A DNA stretch of 26,426 bases from a virus (IMGVR_UViG_3300042485_004207:1-26426), one strand, 5' to 3'. Positions 19,301 to 25,127 are shown, counted from the stretch's first letter. Notes: generated by a model from the letters alone, not told the origin. Translations and numbers: made by a program.

Positions 19301-22046
19301 TTTGAATTCCTGAATTCCCTATTGTGGTAAATCCTACTGTGTTAACACCTACGCTGTAATCTGAGAATGACTGATATATTTCAATAGTTTTATCGTTTAC
19401 AACTTTAGTGTAATATGTTGCTCCAGTTATTAAAGTTTTTGATTGGTCTAAATTGGATCCATTAAAGGTACCAACTCCAATTGCAGAATTAAAGTTTCTA
19501 TCATATACAATAGGTTGACCATTGGATAAATTGTGTGTCGATGCAAAAGAAATTCTATCATTAGTAACATCCAGTCCTCCACCGATAGATGTAGACCTTG
19601 CATCAAATTCTAATTCTCTTACGTATTTTTCAACGATTGGCTGGAAACTTGCCCCAGATCCATTTCCACCCGTAAGGGCAATTGAAACAATAACATCGAT
19701 ATCAAAATCTTGGGGATCTACAAATATTTTTTCAACAGATCCAATTACTACTGGTTGAATTAATCCGGATCCATAAGACAATTCTAAGAGAGGGGGATTA
19801 ATTACATCAAATTCACTGCCACCATTTAAAACATCTACATTTTCAATTGGACCATAATAAATTTTATCATTTGTTTTAAAATTGTATATCTCAACTCCAT
19901 TTTTTAAAATTCCAGTAGCTCCAGGAAGTGTGCTGTGAGATTCATTACTTCCTAATTCTGGATTTAGTTTAAACTTTTTGAGTATTTTTTGACCAGAAAT
20001 TTTATTTGATTTCTGAGAATAGAGAGTGAATTTATGAGTTCCGGTTGGAGTTGATGATTGACCAGCGCCAAAGTAAACAAAATCGTCGCTTCCAACTACA
20101 GGACCACTTAAATATAATTTAACCTGTCTTTTATTACTCAATACCTCAACAAAATAACTACCCTCTTCCAATCCATCAATGGGGGCATCTGCAGAGTAAA
20201 AAACCCTGTCTCCAGTTATAAAAGAAATTTCTGTATCAAAATCAATTATTGAATATGCTTCTGTATTTGTATCATATCCAGTCAACTCGAAAACATTATA
20301 TCCAAAAACATCAACTTCTATCTGATATGATGGCAAAGAATTAGACGCAACGTATAAATTATCTGGTCTTTCAACATAAACATTTTGTACATCAGACACT
20401 ATTTTATTATTTCCAAAATCAATTGGAACTATTGAAGATGATGCTTTATTAAGAATTCTTCTAACATCATATTCATCTAAAGAATTTAATGAAGAAGTGC
20501 TTACATTAATCGTAACAGTATTTTCAGAAATTGAATTGATATTTACGTTATCAAATCCGGTAACAACAATTTCCGTGTTTCTTCTTAAAATTTCAACAGT
20601 ATCACCTACTTTTAAACTGGATACATCAATATTAGATTTTGTTGTTATGGTATTTCCTATGAAGGAATCAATCTGATATCTGGAACTTGTATTATAAATC
20701 CAAGAATTTGCAAATATTTCTTTTGTTGTATCACCTCGTTCTATTACCTCTCCAAGATTTTTTGGGAAGATAATATCATTATCCAATAATTGATAATCTT
20801 CACTTTCAATATTGAGATTGGACAATACTCCAGTAATTCTAAATTCTACTTTTTTAGAGGTATCACCATCTTCATATCCAAAGTAAGTTTCATTTGAAAT
20901 TAAAAATGATGTTTTTGGTATAGTTACAGAATCTTCGGATTTAACATAACAACCCAAAAATTGATTGACACTTTTATCAGAATAAAAAATTTCATTAGAC
21001 CCGAAAAAAATACTTCCCGAATCTTTAAATCCAATTGTAGAATCAACACTGATAACTGCTTCTCCAGATTCTAATGGAGAAACCGTTACTTCCTCAACGA
21101 CTTTTGTATTTGGTGTAATTACAAACGTTCCTGTAACATTAGGATATGTGTCATCATATCCAACAAAAAAGTTAAGTTTATAGTATGTTATTCCATTTCG
21201 AGTAATAGTTTCTACTTCAGATACTGCAGCACTAGTTCCTGTTTCATCTGTTGACTTATAAATTGTCTGCCCAACCAACTTAGTCGGATTTCCTGAAATA
21301 TTGCTTATGATTGCAACATCTCTTCTAATATATCCAGCATCAGAAGGTTTGATTAAAAACTGCTCTAAATCAATTACACTTGGAGTTTCTCCATACAAAA
21401 CATTAAATAAAATTCTAAAGGATTCTGCAGTTCCCTTAGATTCATATAAAGTTCTCGCTTCTTTTATAAAATTTCCAACATTTAAGTTTTCTGTAAAACT
21501 AAGACCTTCTAATCCAGGAGTTAAACTAAACTTTATTTTTTTATAAAATTCTTGTAAAAATAAAGAACTTAAATTTTCTACAGAAGTCCCAGAAGTGTGA
21601 GAACTTGCAGAGGATTCACTAAAAACCAATTCCCCATATTTTAAATCTTTATGGTAGTTTGTAACTCCACTAAATCCTCTTACACAACCAGTAAAAGTAT
21701 TTTCAGATAAATCCGTGTATGTAATGATTTCATCATTAATTTTTAACAATCCATACTTTTGAGGAAACCCTTTAGTATTTGATACAGTAATACTTGTTGA
21801 TGATGCGCTTATATCTCCTACAAGAGTCGTGTATCCTGAAACTACCTCTGGAATGAGATTATCGATATTAATATACTGGTCTAGATTCTCAGCAATATCT
21901 ACTGGACCACCTTGATACTCTTGAGAAATATAATACTGCTTTAAAAACTCTGCAGCCTTTGGACTTTCGTCTAAGATAAATTCTGGAAGTTGACTGTCGA
22001 TTATTTGCTGTATTTTTACCCTAGATTCAAAACCCGTCTGTATCAT
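10365..22046 (-). CDS. gp7: Giant baseplate wedge initiator gp7-like protein, 3893 aa, multi-module
   Basis: N-terminal QLPEFI...FLKQYYISQE, FIKEARTLYESKGTAESFRILFNVLYG, and later DNDYYQNLSYSVKS...VNNLLHISGMKNF; lies between gp6 and gp8 as in T4-like cyanophages. Confidence 0.78.
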   Translation of the reverse strand: MIQTGFESRVKIQQIIDSQLPEFILDESPKAAEFLKQYYISQEYQGGPVDIAENLDQYINIDNLIPEVVSGYTTLVGDISASSTSITVSNTKGFPQKYGLLKINDEIITYTDLSENTFTGCVRGFSGVTNYHKDLKYGELVFSESSASSHTSGTSVENLSSLFLQEFYKKIKFSLTPGLEGLSFTENLNVGNFIKEARTLYESKGTAESFRILFNVLYGETPSVIDLEQFLIKPSDAGYIRRDVAIISNISGNPTKLVGQTIYKSTDETGTSAAVSEVETITRNGITYYKLNFFVGYDDTYPNVTGTFVITPNTKVVEEVTVSPLESGEAVISVDSTIGFKDSGSIFFGSNEIFYSDKSVNQFLGCYVKSEDSVTIPKTSFLISNETYFGYEDGDTSKKVEFRITGVLSNLNIESEDYQLLDNDIIFPKNLGEVIERGDTTKEIFANSWIYNTSSRYQIDSFIGNTITTKSNIDVSSLKVGDTVEILRRNTEIVVTGFDNVNINSISENTVTINVSTSSLNSLDEYDVRRILNKASSSIVPIDFGNNKIVSDVQNVYVERPDNLYVASNSLPSYQIEVDVFGYNVFELTGYDTNTEAYSIIDFDTEISFITGDRVFYSADAPIDGLEEGSYFVEVLSNKRQVKLYLSGPVVGSDDFVYFGAGQSSTPTGTHKFTLYSQKSNKISGQKILKKFKLNPELGSNESHSTLPGATGILKNGVEIYNFKTNDKIYYGPIENVDVLNGGSEFDVINPPLLELSYGSGLIQPVVIGSVEKIFVDPQDFDIDVIVSIALTGGNGSGASFQPIVEKYVRELEFDARSTSIGGGLDVTNDRISFASTHNLSNGQPIVYDRNFNSAIGVGTFNGSNLDQSKTLITGATYYTKVVNDKTIEIYQSFSDYSVGVNTVGFTTIGNSGIQKFKTEPKNRLTGISVINKGSGYANRTLRVSQTGISTYNNTVTFKNHGFGDGEIVSYDYETSSISGLSTSNNYIVLKVDSDTFRLCNAGIGGTDISNYQRKKYVKFASTGSGYQIFKYPNISLSVEYSSVGLGSTQVRGVINAIPVIRGKISEVYVYDKGSDYGTTTLNVHKRPQVIIKNGKNAQLRPTITNGRITDVQVLYGGLEYYSTPDLVINGSGVGAIVRPVISDNRITDVIVVNPGTGYTATNTTIKVVPAGKNEVLRVNVRSLTLNNSYKYGIQNEFYRNPSSEVLVEDGDGLQYAVLGYSQNIKTNLNDSGDLSGQHSDIIGWAYDGNPIYGSFGYTDPNNINSTIKQLQPGYSLIDVENRPSTADFPYGYFVEDYKYTGSGDLDQYNGRFGKTKDFPEGVYAYFATTESNIDGEIVSKFPYFIGNEYRSAYLEENINLDQSFDFNNSKLLRNTLPYKVNDQYADNDFITESNEIIEQKTLVESVSSGSVSGLEVIKSGSDYAVGDSIIFDDTKSGGGGISAEVSRITGRDIVNINTTIDSYNDSLIEWQGGSQVKVYISPYHIFKNQDNINISGLSTQVSNLNGSYQIGLTTYTSIVDKDIPNFAATGIVTDIYLTSIPENISIGSSIQIENEIFSILNVYSNFGIVRVDRSSAGVAHTQTTPVYFLPDSFTVNRQTNYFDSQNNSKIYFNPTESVGVGTTPGSGKNVNYRIGITTYSAFIPTQSIFLPNHPFKTNQQIILRKPSGGSALAVSNTSGGTSFNILSGTSEIFYAINKSKDYIGIVTSVGLTTTGGLFFLSPGTNDYHYSVESNLPQVRAKIDRITSVVSVSTSHQLQIGDEVSLEVKPDISVGIGTSTSIHVRLDPLTQKIVINPLIFNSTGINTLTNSISINSHNLSTGDKILYESLGTLPTGLTTGNYFAYRVDENNIKLCDTLSDSFNSPPTTVSIGGTGAGNQKISLVNPQIKVIKNNNLVFNLSDSSLLGYDFKIYYDQDFEKEFVSIANTSSLSVIGVGTIGLSSTSTLTLNYSDGVPEKLYYNLEKSGYISTADTDVTNYSEIVFEGSLYDGSYNIISVGSTTFTVSLKQIPENTYYSREDCEILEYSTSSLTEVGGIHRVNLLSGGYSYTSLPIFNEVESDNGTGAFIVPVSTTIGKIKQSRIINEGFEYASDKTLRPSASIPKFAYISASNTIESVNVLNGGQNYTSAPDLICVNTDNGDLIDSGLLRANLSGSSIASVTVENDPKGLPIKPVTIRAINNSNGISIDTIQSSSGIVTCILTTPLAGFTSAPFSSGDKIFVEGIQKSGSDGDGFNSSDYGYQFFTITNFQNINPAKLTFSLSGLTTNPGIAKTIQESYATIINFNSYPEFEVIQRFSPFQIGEGLSSDSGNGFAIRDLIVVSCDENFVRVSGNYNLSSGEKIRGLESSNEATIDSVKVVDGYYDVDYFNLQKFGWKSETGKLSENYQVTPDNDYYQNLSYSVKSSKTWEDIVTPVNNLLHISGMKNFADTQILQSVQSGIGTTESPLTLLNIFESDNRVDTINNLDLVIDVDTLDSKSKFIKFNNISLTDYILCKTNRVLKIDDISSQFSSENDEPSEVSNIFQINSGNNYNRFLVQTRNIFTNEVQFNEIITINDDQNIFTLQKAELNTLNDEDVIVDIEGYADITSNFYLKFNPEDTINSDFDIKILQDTFISKAGIGTTQSVGFVDLIAANKIVSSGITTSIFSLDSSKYSAIYSNIHVLNSDRSDMNYVEVYLTHDGSNTYISEYYFDDNLTETSSGFIGSFGASISGGILSLNYTNTSAENITVRTKNVGFGTTAVGVGTYRFKLAGQSDGAERTVIFQSQFNNISSGSTSILVLDRSLFTSSKSTIKVGFGQTSSLHQIMAINDGSDAYSVQYPFLSIGSTSGIGTFGAEISGNNFIVKFYADPSISGNLEILSFSENFYTDLDTVNIPPALTYSPVEQTVTSVKYYGANSPNINKYDFEAEYEGTPIFMKTFNPSDTDVLNLATGIFTIPNHFFNTGEQLIYTPKSTFIGIGTSAMGIGATTNYVGVVTTILPTVVYAIKDSNDSFRISTRKEYATQGIGVTFTSVGLGNAHQLEMYKKNEKSIISINDVVQSPLAYSSITHTLSGNGGQIGTASTIFALSGISSITPTDILKIDEEYMRIENVGLGTTNTGPITFSGGISLVEVTRGFVGSTAGLHTDTSIARIYRGSYNISENKIFFTEAPRGNSLDLLGPSESNLPRERASFSGRVFLREDYSTNQIYDDISSQFTGIGQTFILTSQGINTVGLGTSGGNGIVFINNIFQSPTTLNNSSNNYIITENLGITSITFTGITSSNNSIFTSEYDINQNQLPRGGVIVSLGSTGGLGIAPLVGASVTAVVGAGGTIVAIGIGTMDIIGSGYRYPVSVAVTESGHIGTGAVITANVGAGGTLSFNVVSAGTGYTNPTINVSSPSYENLPVTGVSRLGVGATTDTGIGLLLNIEVGSSSTTGIGSTLFEVKTFKVTRNGYSFRIGDVFKPVGLVTAKGLPSPISEFELTVLDVFTDSFSSWQFGELDYIDSVSVYQDGIRTRFPLFYNSELLSFEIDENDPDSQLIDLDSVLLIFINGVLQEPGVSYQFSGGTSFTFSVAPEPEDNIAIFFYRGTRGEDTLQVNTVETIKVGDTVQIFSNNSNIENTTTQEKRVIYDISGSDKVETNLYVNQGIDEVNNKPLYWTKQKTDLILNGEKISKSRDSLESQIYPTANIIGNLNAAASEVFVDDSSLFNYENASPINFDAIIFSNDSAEEYEIITDISDVEGYSVSIIGIATTNGVGTSLALEFTLDRDPFSFPDLQSGYPIYISETFVGQGVTSINTNDTDIVAISTSFLNNVYKIHAINSAIGIITCNIASNTSVVGIATTGTLDYPVGRLTWGRLSGFSRSTSPISIGVSGYTSSVGITTLGYNAGLSTYPIIQRRGYGLRSNGSLKKDL

Positions 22047-22047
22047 A

Positions 22048-24015
22048 TTATGACCTCATTAATTTCCCGTTTGAATAGCTTGAACGATAAGAATTTTTTG
22101 TAAAAACAACACCGGATATATCTTCTCCAGATGCAATTGTATCTTTTACCATATTTATTTCACTTTCCGAAAAATCAAATGATATATAAAGGTCTTTAAG
22201 ACCAATTACATCATTTGATTCGGGATATGCTTGAATTCGTATTAAATCATTTGATAAATCAGTATTTGTAATTGTAACTGTATTGAGAGTTATTTCTCCG
22301 TTTTTGTAATTTACAACACCGGCAGATTGAACTACAATAAATGGGGATAAAGACGTTGTAGTGGCAACTCCTACAGTAGAGGACTCAATCGGTTTTACTA
22401 TCGAAATTACTCCTGTAATTCCATCCGAATTTGGGGTATCTGTCAAATATACTGTGTCCGGTTCGTCTTTGATATTGAATCCTGTTGATTTGATATTGTA
22501 TCCAATTTTATTGACCGTTTCGTTAACATGAAATTGATTACCAAAACATATTTCATATTGTGCTGGACGGTCTATGAGTGCTTTTAAATCCCTTCTAATT
22601 CTTACTCTAGTGATGTTTGAAGTAATTGCAGTATCTGTGTTATCAATTACCTGAAGTAACTTACTATATTTAAATCTACCCCCAAACTTATTCAAATCAA
22701 CAGATTGAGAATATTTGTTAAGAGAATTGGTTACTCTTGTTTTTAAATCAGAAACACTTCCAATCTGATTATAATTGTAATAAACATAAGATTCAACTTC
22801 AACATACAGTATCTTAAGATCTATAATTTTGGGGCGTATACCAGAAACACTATATTGTGTTAGCTTGGAGAGAATTTGCTCTTTATCGAAATCTGAAACA
22901 AAAGTACCATTTTTTGGTTTAATACTAATCGAAACTGAACCATACTCTGGAGGGTCTAATTCTTCTCCTCCAATGACAGAAACTGATTCTGCATTTCTAT
23001 AAATTTTAGATTTAATAATCGATTCATAATCACTTGCAGTGACTGCTCTGTATTGCGATGAATACAATCGTGGAGCAAAGTAGCGAATTGAATCAATGGT
23101 TTCGATATCAGATCCATTCTGAGCACTTTGATTTGTAGTAACCGTAATTGTGTTTGTTACAATTACGTTTTGGTCATCGGCATCTTTAAAAGATCCTGCA
23201 AATGCAAATGTGTCAGCACCATTTCCATCTTTACCGCTGGTTACAATATAATTTGCAGTAATAACTGAAGCGTTTTCAAGTTTTTTACCAAAAATACCAT
23301 CTCCAAACAGAAGTTGATATTTTTCATCTTGGACTTCTTGAATTAGAAAGATTTCTGAGTTTGAGTTTACATCAAAAATATTATCAACCAAAGAATATAA
23401 AGATCCAAGACCACTATCACTTACACCTTTTACATAAACTCTGATTGTCGATGTATCAATATAAGAATTATCTAATACAAATTTTTGGTCTAATGATGCG
23501 TTTACAGTAAATTTCTTTGTTAAGAATGTTCCTTCTCGAATTGTGATGTTGTCAAAAGATGCTACACCATTCACCACGGGCACTGTAACGCTTTCTGGAA
23601 TCGAAAATACATATGAAGACCCTCTCACAAGACCCGTGCATACAAGACCTGCTTGAAGGGTGATTGATGGGGTATAGACAGGAGTTCCATCCTGCAACAG
23701 TTGGTCTGGTTCTACGGTAATACTAAATGAAACGATTGCACTCGCAGCATTTCTTGAATAAGGAACGTATCCAATATTCCTAGACAAAGAAACGACATTT
23801 TCTCTTACAGTTGCAGAATCCAAAAAGGATTCGTTGACAATCATGTTAGAGTTAAATGCCGTAATGTAGGTATTATACGCTAACGTATCAATTAAAACAG
23901 AAAAATTAGATCCTTCAAAATCAAAGTCCGTAAATGTAGAGTTAGCACGGAGATAATCTTTGATTGAAGTTTTTATCTGATCGAAATCTAGATTTGTAAA
24001 TTGAGTAAAAGGCAT
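22048..24015 (-). CDS. gp6: Baseplate wedge subunit gp6, 655 aa
   Basis: LDFDQIK...FTDFDFEGSNFSVLIDTLAYNT...NESFLDSATVRENVVSL...GY; FGDGIFGK; APRLYSSQYRAVTASDY are gp6 hallmark motifs. Confidence 0.93.
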   Translation of the reverse strand: MPFTQFTNLDFDQIKTSIKDYLRANSTFTDFDFEGSNFSVLIDTLAYNTYITAFNSNMIVNESFLDSATVRENVVSLSRNIGYVPYSRNAASAIVSFSITVEPDQLLQDGTPVYTPSITLQAGLVCTGLVRGSSYVFSIPESVTVPVVNGVASFDNITIREGTFLTKKFTVNASLDQKFVLDNSYIDTSTIRVYVKGVSDSGLGSLYSLVDNIFDVNSNSEIFLIQEVQDEKYQLLFGDGIFGKKLENASVITANYIVTSGKDGNGADTFAFAGSFKDADDQNVIVTNTITVTTNQSAQNGSDIETIDSIRYFAPRLYSSQYRAVTASDYESIIKSKIYRNAESVSVIGGEELDPPEYGSVSISIKPKNGTFVSDFDKEQILSKLTQYSVSGIRPKIIDLKILYVEVESYVYYNYNQIGSVSDLKTRVTNSLNKYSQSVDLNKFGGRFKYSKLLQVIDNTDTAITSNITRVRIRRDLKALIDRPAQYEICFGNQFHVNETVNKIGYNIKSTGFNIKDEPDTVYLTDTPNSDGITGVISIVKPIESSTVGVATTTSLSPFIVVQSAGVVNYKNGEITLNTVTITNTDLSNDLIRIQAYPESNDVIGLKDLYISFDFSESEINMVKDTIASGEDISGVVFTKNSYRSSYSNGKLMRS

Positions 24016-24016
24016 T

Positions 24017-24418
24017 TTATCTTGTTGCCTCTAATATGAATGAAAACTGTTGTGTTGGTACTTCTTGCCCAATAATATCAAAAATTACAGTCACTTCAAA
24101 TTCATTTGTATCTGGACTTGGATTGACTTCAATATCCACATTATCAACTCTAGGCTCATAATTGGAAATTGTATTGATAATTTGCTCTCTAATTACAGAT
24201 GCTGTTGCAAAATCAACAAAATCAAACAAGCTAGAACGAACATCAGATCCCAAATTTGGATTAAAAAATCTTTCGTTTGGAATTGTTTCTACAAGGTTGC
24301 GAATAGAGCGAGTAATCGCATTTTGATTTTTCAAAATTGGCAGGTCTTTTGTCACTGGATGTGGATCAAAAGACAGACTAATATCCTTAAATGATCTAGA
24401 TATTCGTGTGACTGCCAT
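24017..24418 (-). CDS. gp25: Baseplate wedge subunit gp25 (GPW/gp25 family), 133 aa
   Basis: FKDISLSF..HPVTKD...AITRSIRNLVET...ERFFNPNLGS...I.NYEPRV is the GPW_gp25 pattern; directly upstream of gp6. Confidence 0.92.
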   Translation of the reverse strand: MAVTRISRSFKDISLSFDPHPVTKDLPILKNQNAITRSIRNLVETIPNERFFNPNLGSDVRSSLFDFVDFATASVIREQIINTISNYEPRVDNVDIEVNPSPDTNEFEVTVIFDIIGQEVPTQQFSFILEATR

Positions 24419-24439
24419 TGGATATGAAATTTCTTGGAT

Positions 24440-24447
24440 TATTTATG
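24440..24447 (-). promoter_or_regulatory. Late promoter variant CATAAATA upstream of gp25
   Basis: NATAAATA in the 30-nt intergenic gap, about 21 nt before the gp25 ATG. Confidence 0.7.
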
Positions 24448-24448
24448 T

Positions 24449-24691
24449 TTATTTCCAGGAAGAACCATATCCAGGTTCAGTGCCATATTCCCAATCATCA
24501 TAATCTTCATCATTGCGAATTTTTTCATGCAATTCTTGTTGTTTTTTTAAGTCATGCTTGGGTGCTAAATCGTGCATAACCTCTTGAATGACTCTTTTTG
24601 GTGATACGGTATCATAATCTGTAATCAGGCGGGTAGTGCCCCACATTTCTCTCATATAATTTGAATCACGATCGACTGGTAAATTTGACAT
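24449..24691 (-). CDS. Hypothetical phage protein, 80 aa, with an acidic/aromatic C-terminus
   Basis: ORF track; AGGAG SD 5 nt before the ATG; fills the gap between speD and gp25. Confidence 0.8.
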   Translation of the reverse strand: MSNLPVDRDSNYMREMWGTTRLITDYDTVSPKRVIQEVMHDLAPKHDLKKQQELHEKIRNDEDYDDWEYGTEPGYGSSWK

Positions 24692-24694
24692 TTT

Positions 24695-24750
24695 AGCTCC
24701 TGTTTTAAAAATAAAACAGAACTTTTATAAAGGAGGTTGCTATCTCCTTA
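24695..24750 (-). promoter_or_regulatory. Candidate structured 5' leader RNA: H-type pseudoknot plus SD-sequestering hairpin
   Basis: The minus strand reads TAAGGAG-ATAGCAAC-CTCCTT-TATAAAA-GTTCTGTTTTA-TTTT-TAAAACAGGAGCT-AAAATG. It has two perfect inverted repeats (6 bp and 8 bp) and loop/tail complementarity. Confidence 0.55.
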
Positions 24751-24757
24751 TTTCTAT

Positions 24758-25099
24758 TTAACGATCGACTTCACGTAGAAAATAATTGTCAGAATTGAGG
24801 TATTTTAACATTTCTAGAGCGATTAATTTAGGATTTCCTTCCCCACAAGTATAAACATCTACCGCAATACAACCTTCCTCTGGCCAAGTATGGCAGGAAA
24901 CATGACTTTCCGCAAGGGCAATGACCACTGTGCATCCCTGTGGAATGAAACAATGTGAAAAAATATTTAAAATCGTCATATTGGCACGTTTTATACCTTT
25001 CACCATTGCTTCTTGGAGAGAAGTTACATCATTAATGATATCAAATTTTACATCATACACCTCTAAAAGTAGGTGTCTGCCCATCGAAAACTGTTTCAA
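24758..25099 (-). CDS. speD: Pyruvoyl-dependent S-adenosylmethionine decarboxylase proenzyme homologue (class 1b)
   Basis: GRHLLLEVY, HCFIPQGCTVVIALAE|SHVSCHTWPE (self-cleavage E-S site) and AVDVYTCG. The start is either TTG 25099 or ATG 25084. Confidence 0.92.
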   Translation of the reverse strand: MKQFSMGRHLLLEVYDVKFDIINDVTSLQEAMVKGIKRANMTILNIFSHCFIPQGCTVVIALAESHVSCHTWPEEGCIAVDVYTCGEGNPKLIALEMLKYLNSDNYFLREVDR

Positions 25100-25119
25100 T
25101 TCATTTTGCGGTAAAAATT

Positions 25120-25127
25120 TATTTATT
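25120..25127 (-). promoter_or_regulatory. Late promoter variant AATAAATA upstream of speD
   Basis: NATAAATA overlapping the stop of the upstream gene, about 20 nt before the TTG at 25099. The geometry matches the other late promoters. Confidence 0.6.

Noticed and set aside
1464-22046. Intein, intron or alternative genetic code explaining the giant ORFs
   Set aside because: No intein splice or LAGLIDADG/HNH motifs were noticed. ORFs are uninterrupted in the standard code and end in TAA or TGA at sensible gene boundaries.
24700-24750. Simple rho-independent terminator after speD, or a canonical preQ1-I/SAM riboswitch call
   Set aside because: P1 is followed by only a short T run then A's, and the second hairpin is followed by the SD/ATG rather than a U-tract. 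The loop sequence does not match the canonical aptamer consensus. It is kept only as an unassigned structured leader.
24718-24760. Stop-codon readthrough signal (speD TAA, 8-nt spacer, pseudoknot)
   Set aside because: In-frame TAG and TAA follow within a few codons, so readthrough could not fuse speD to the next ORF.
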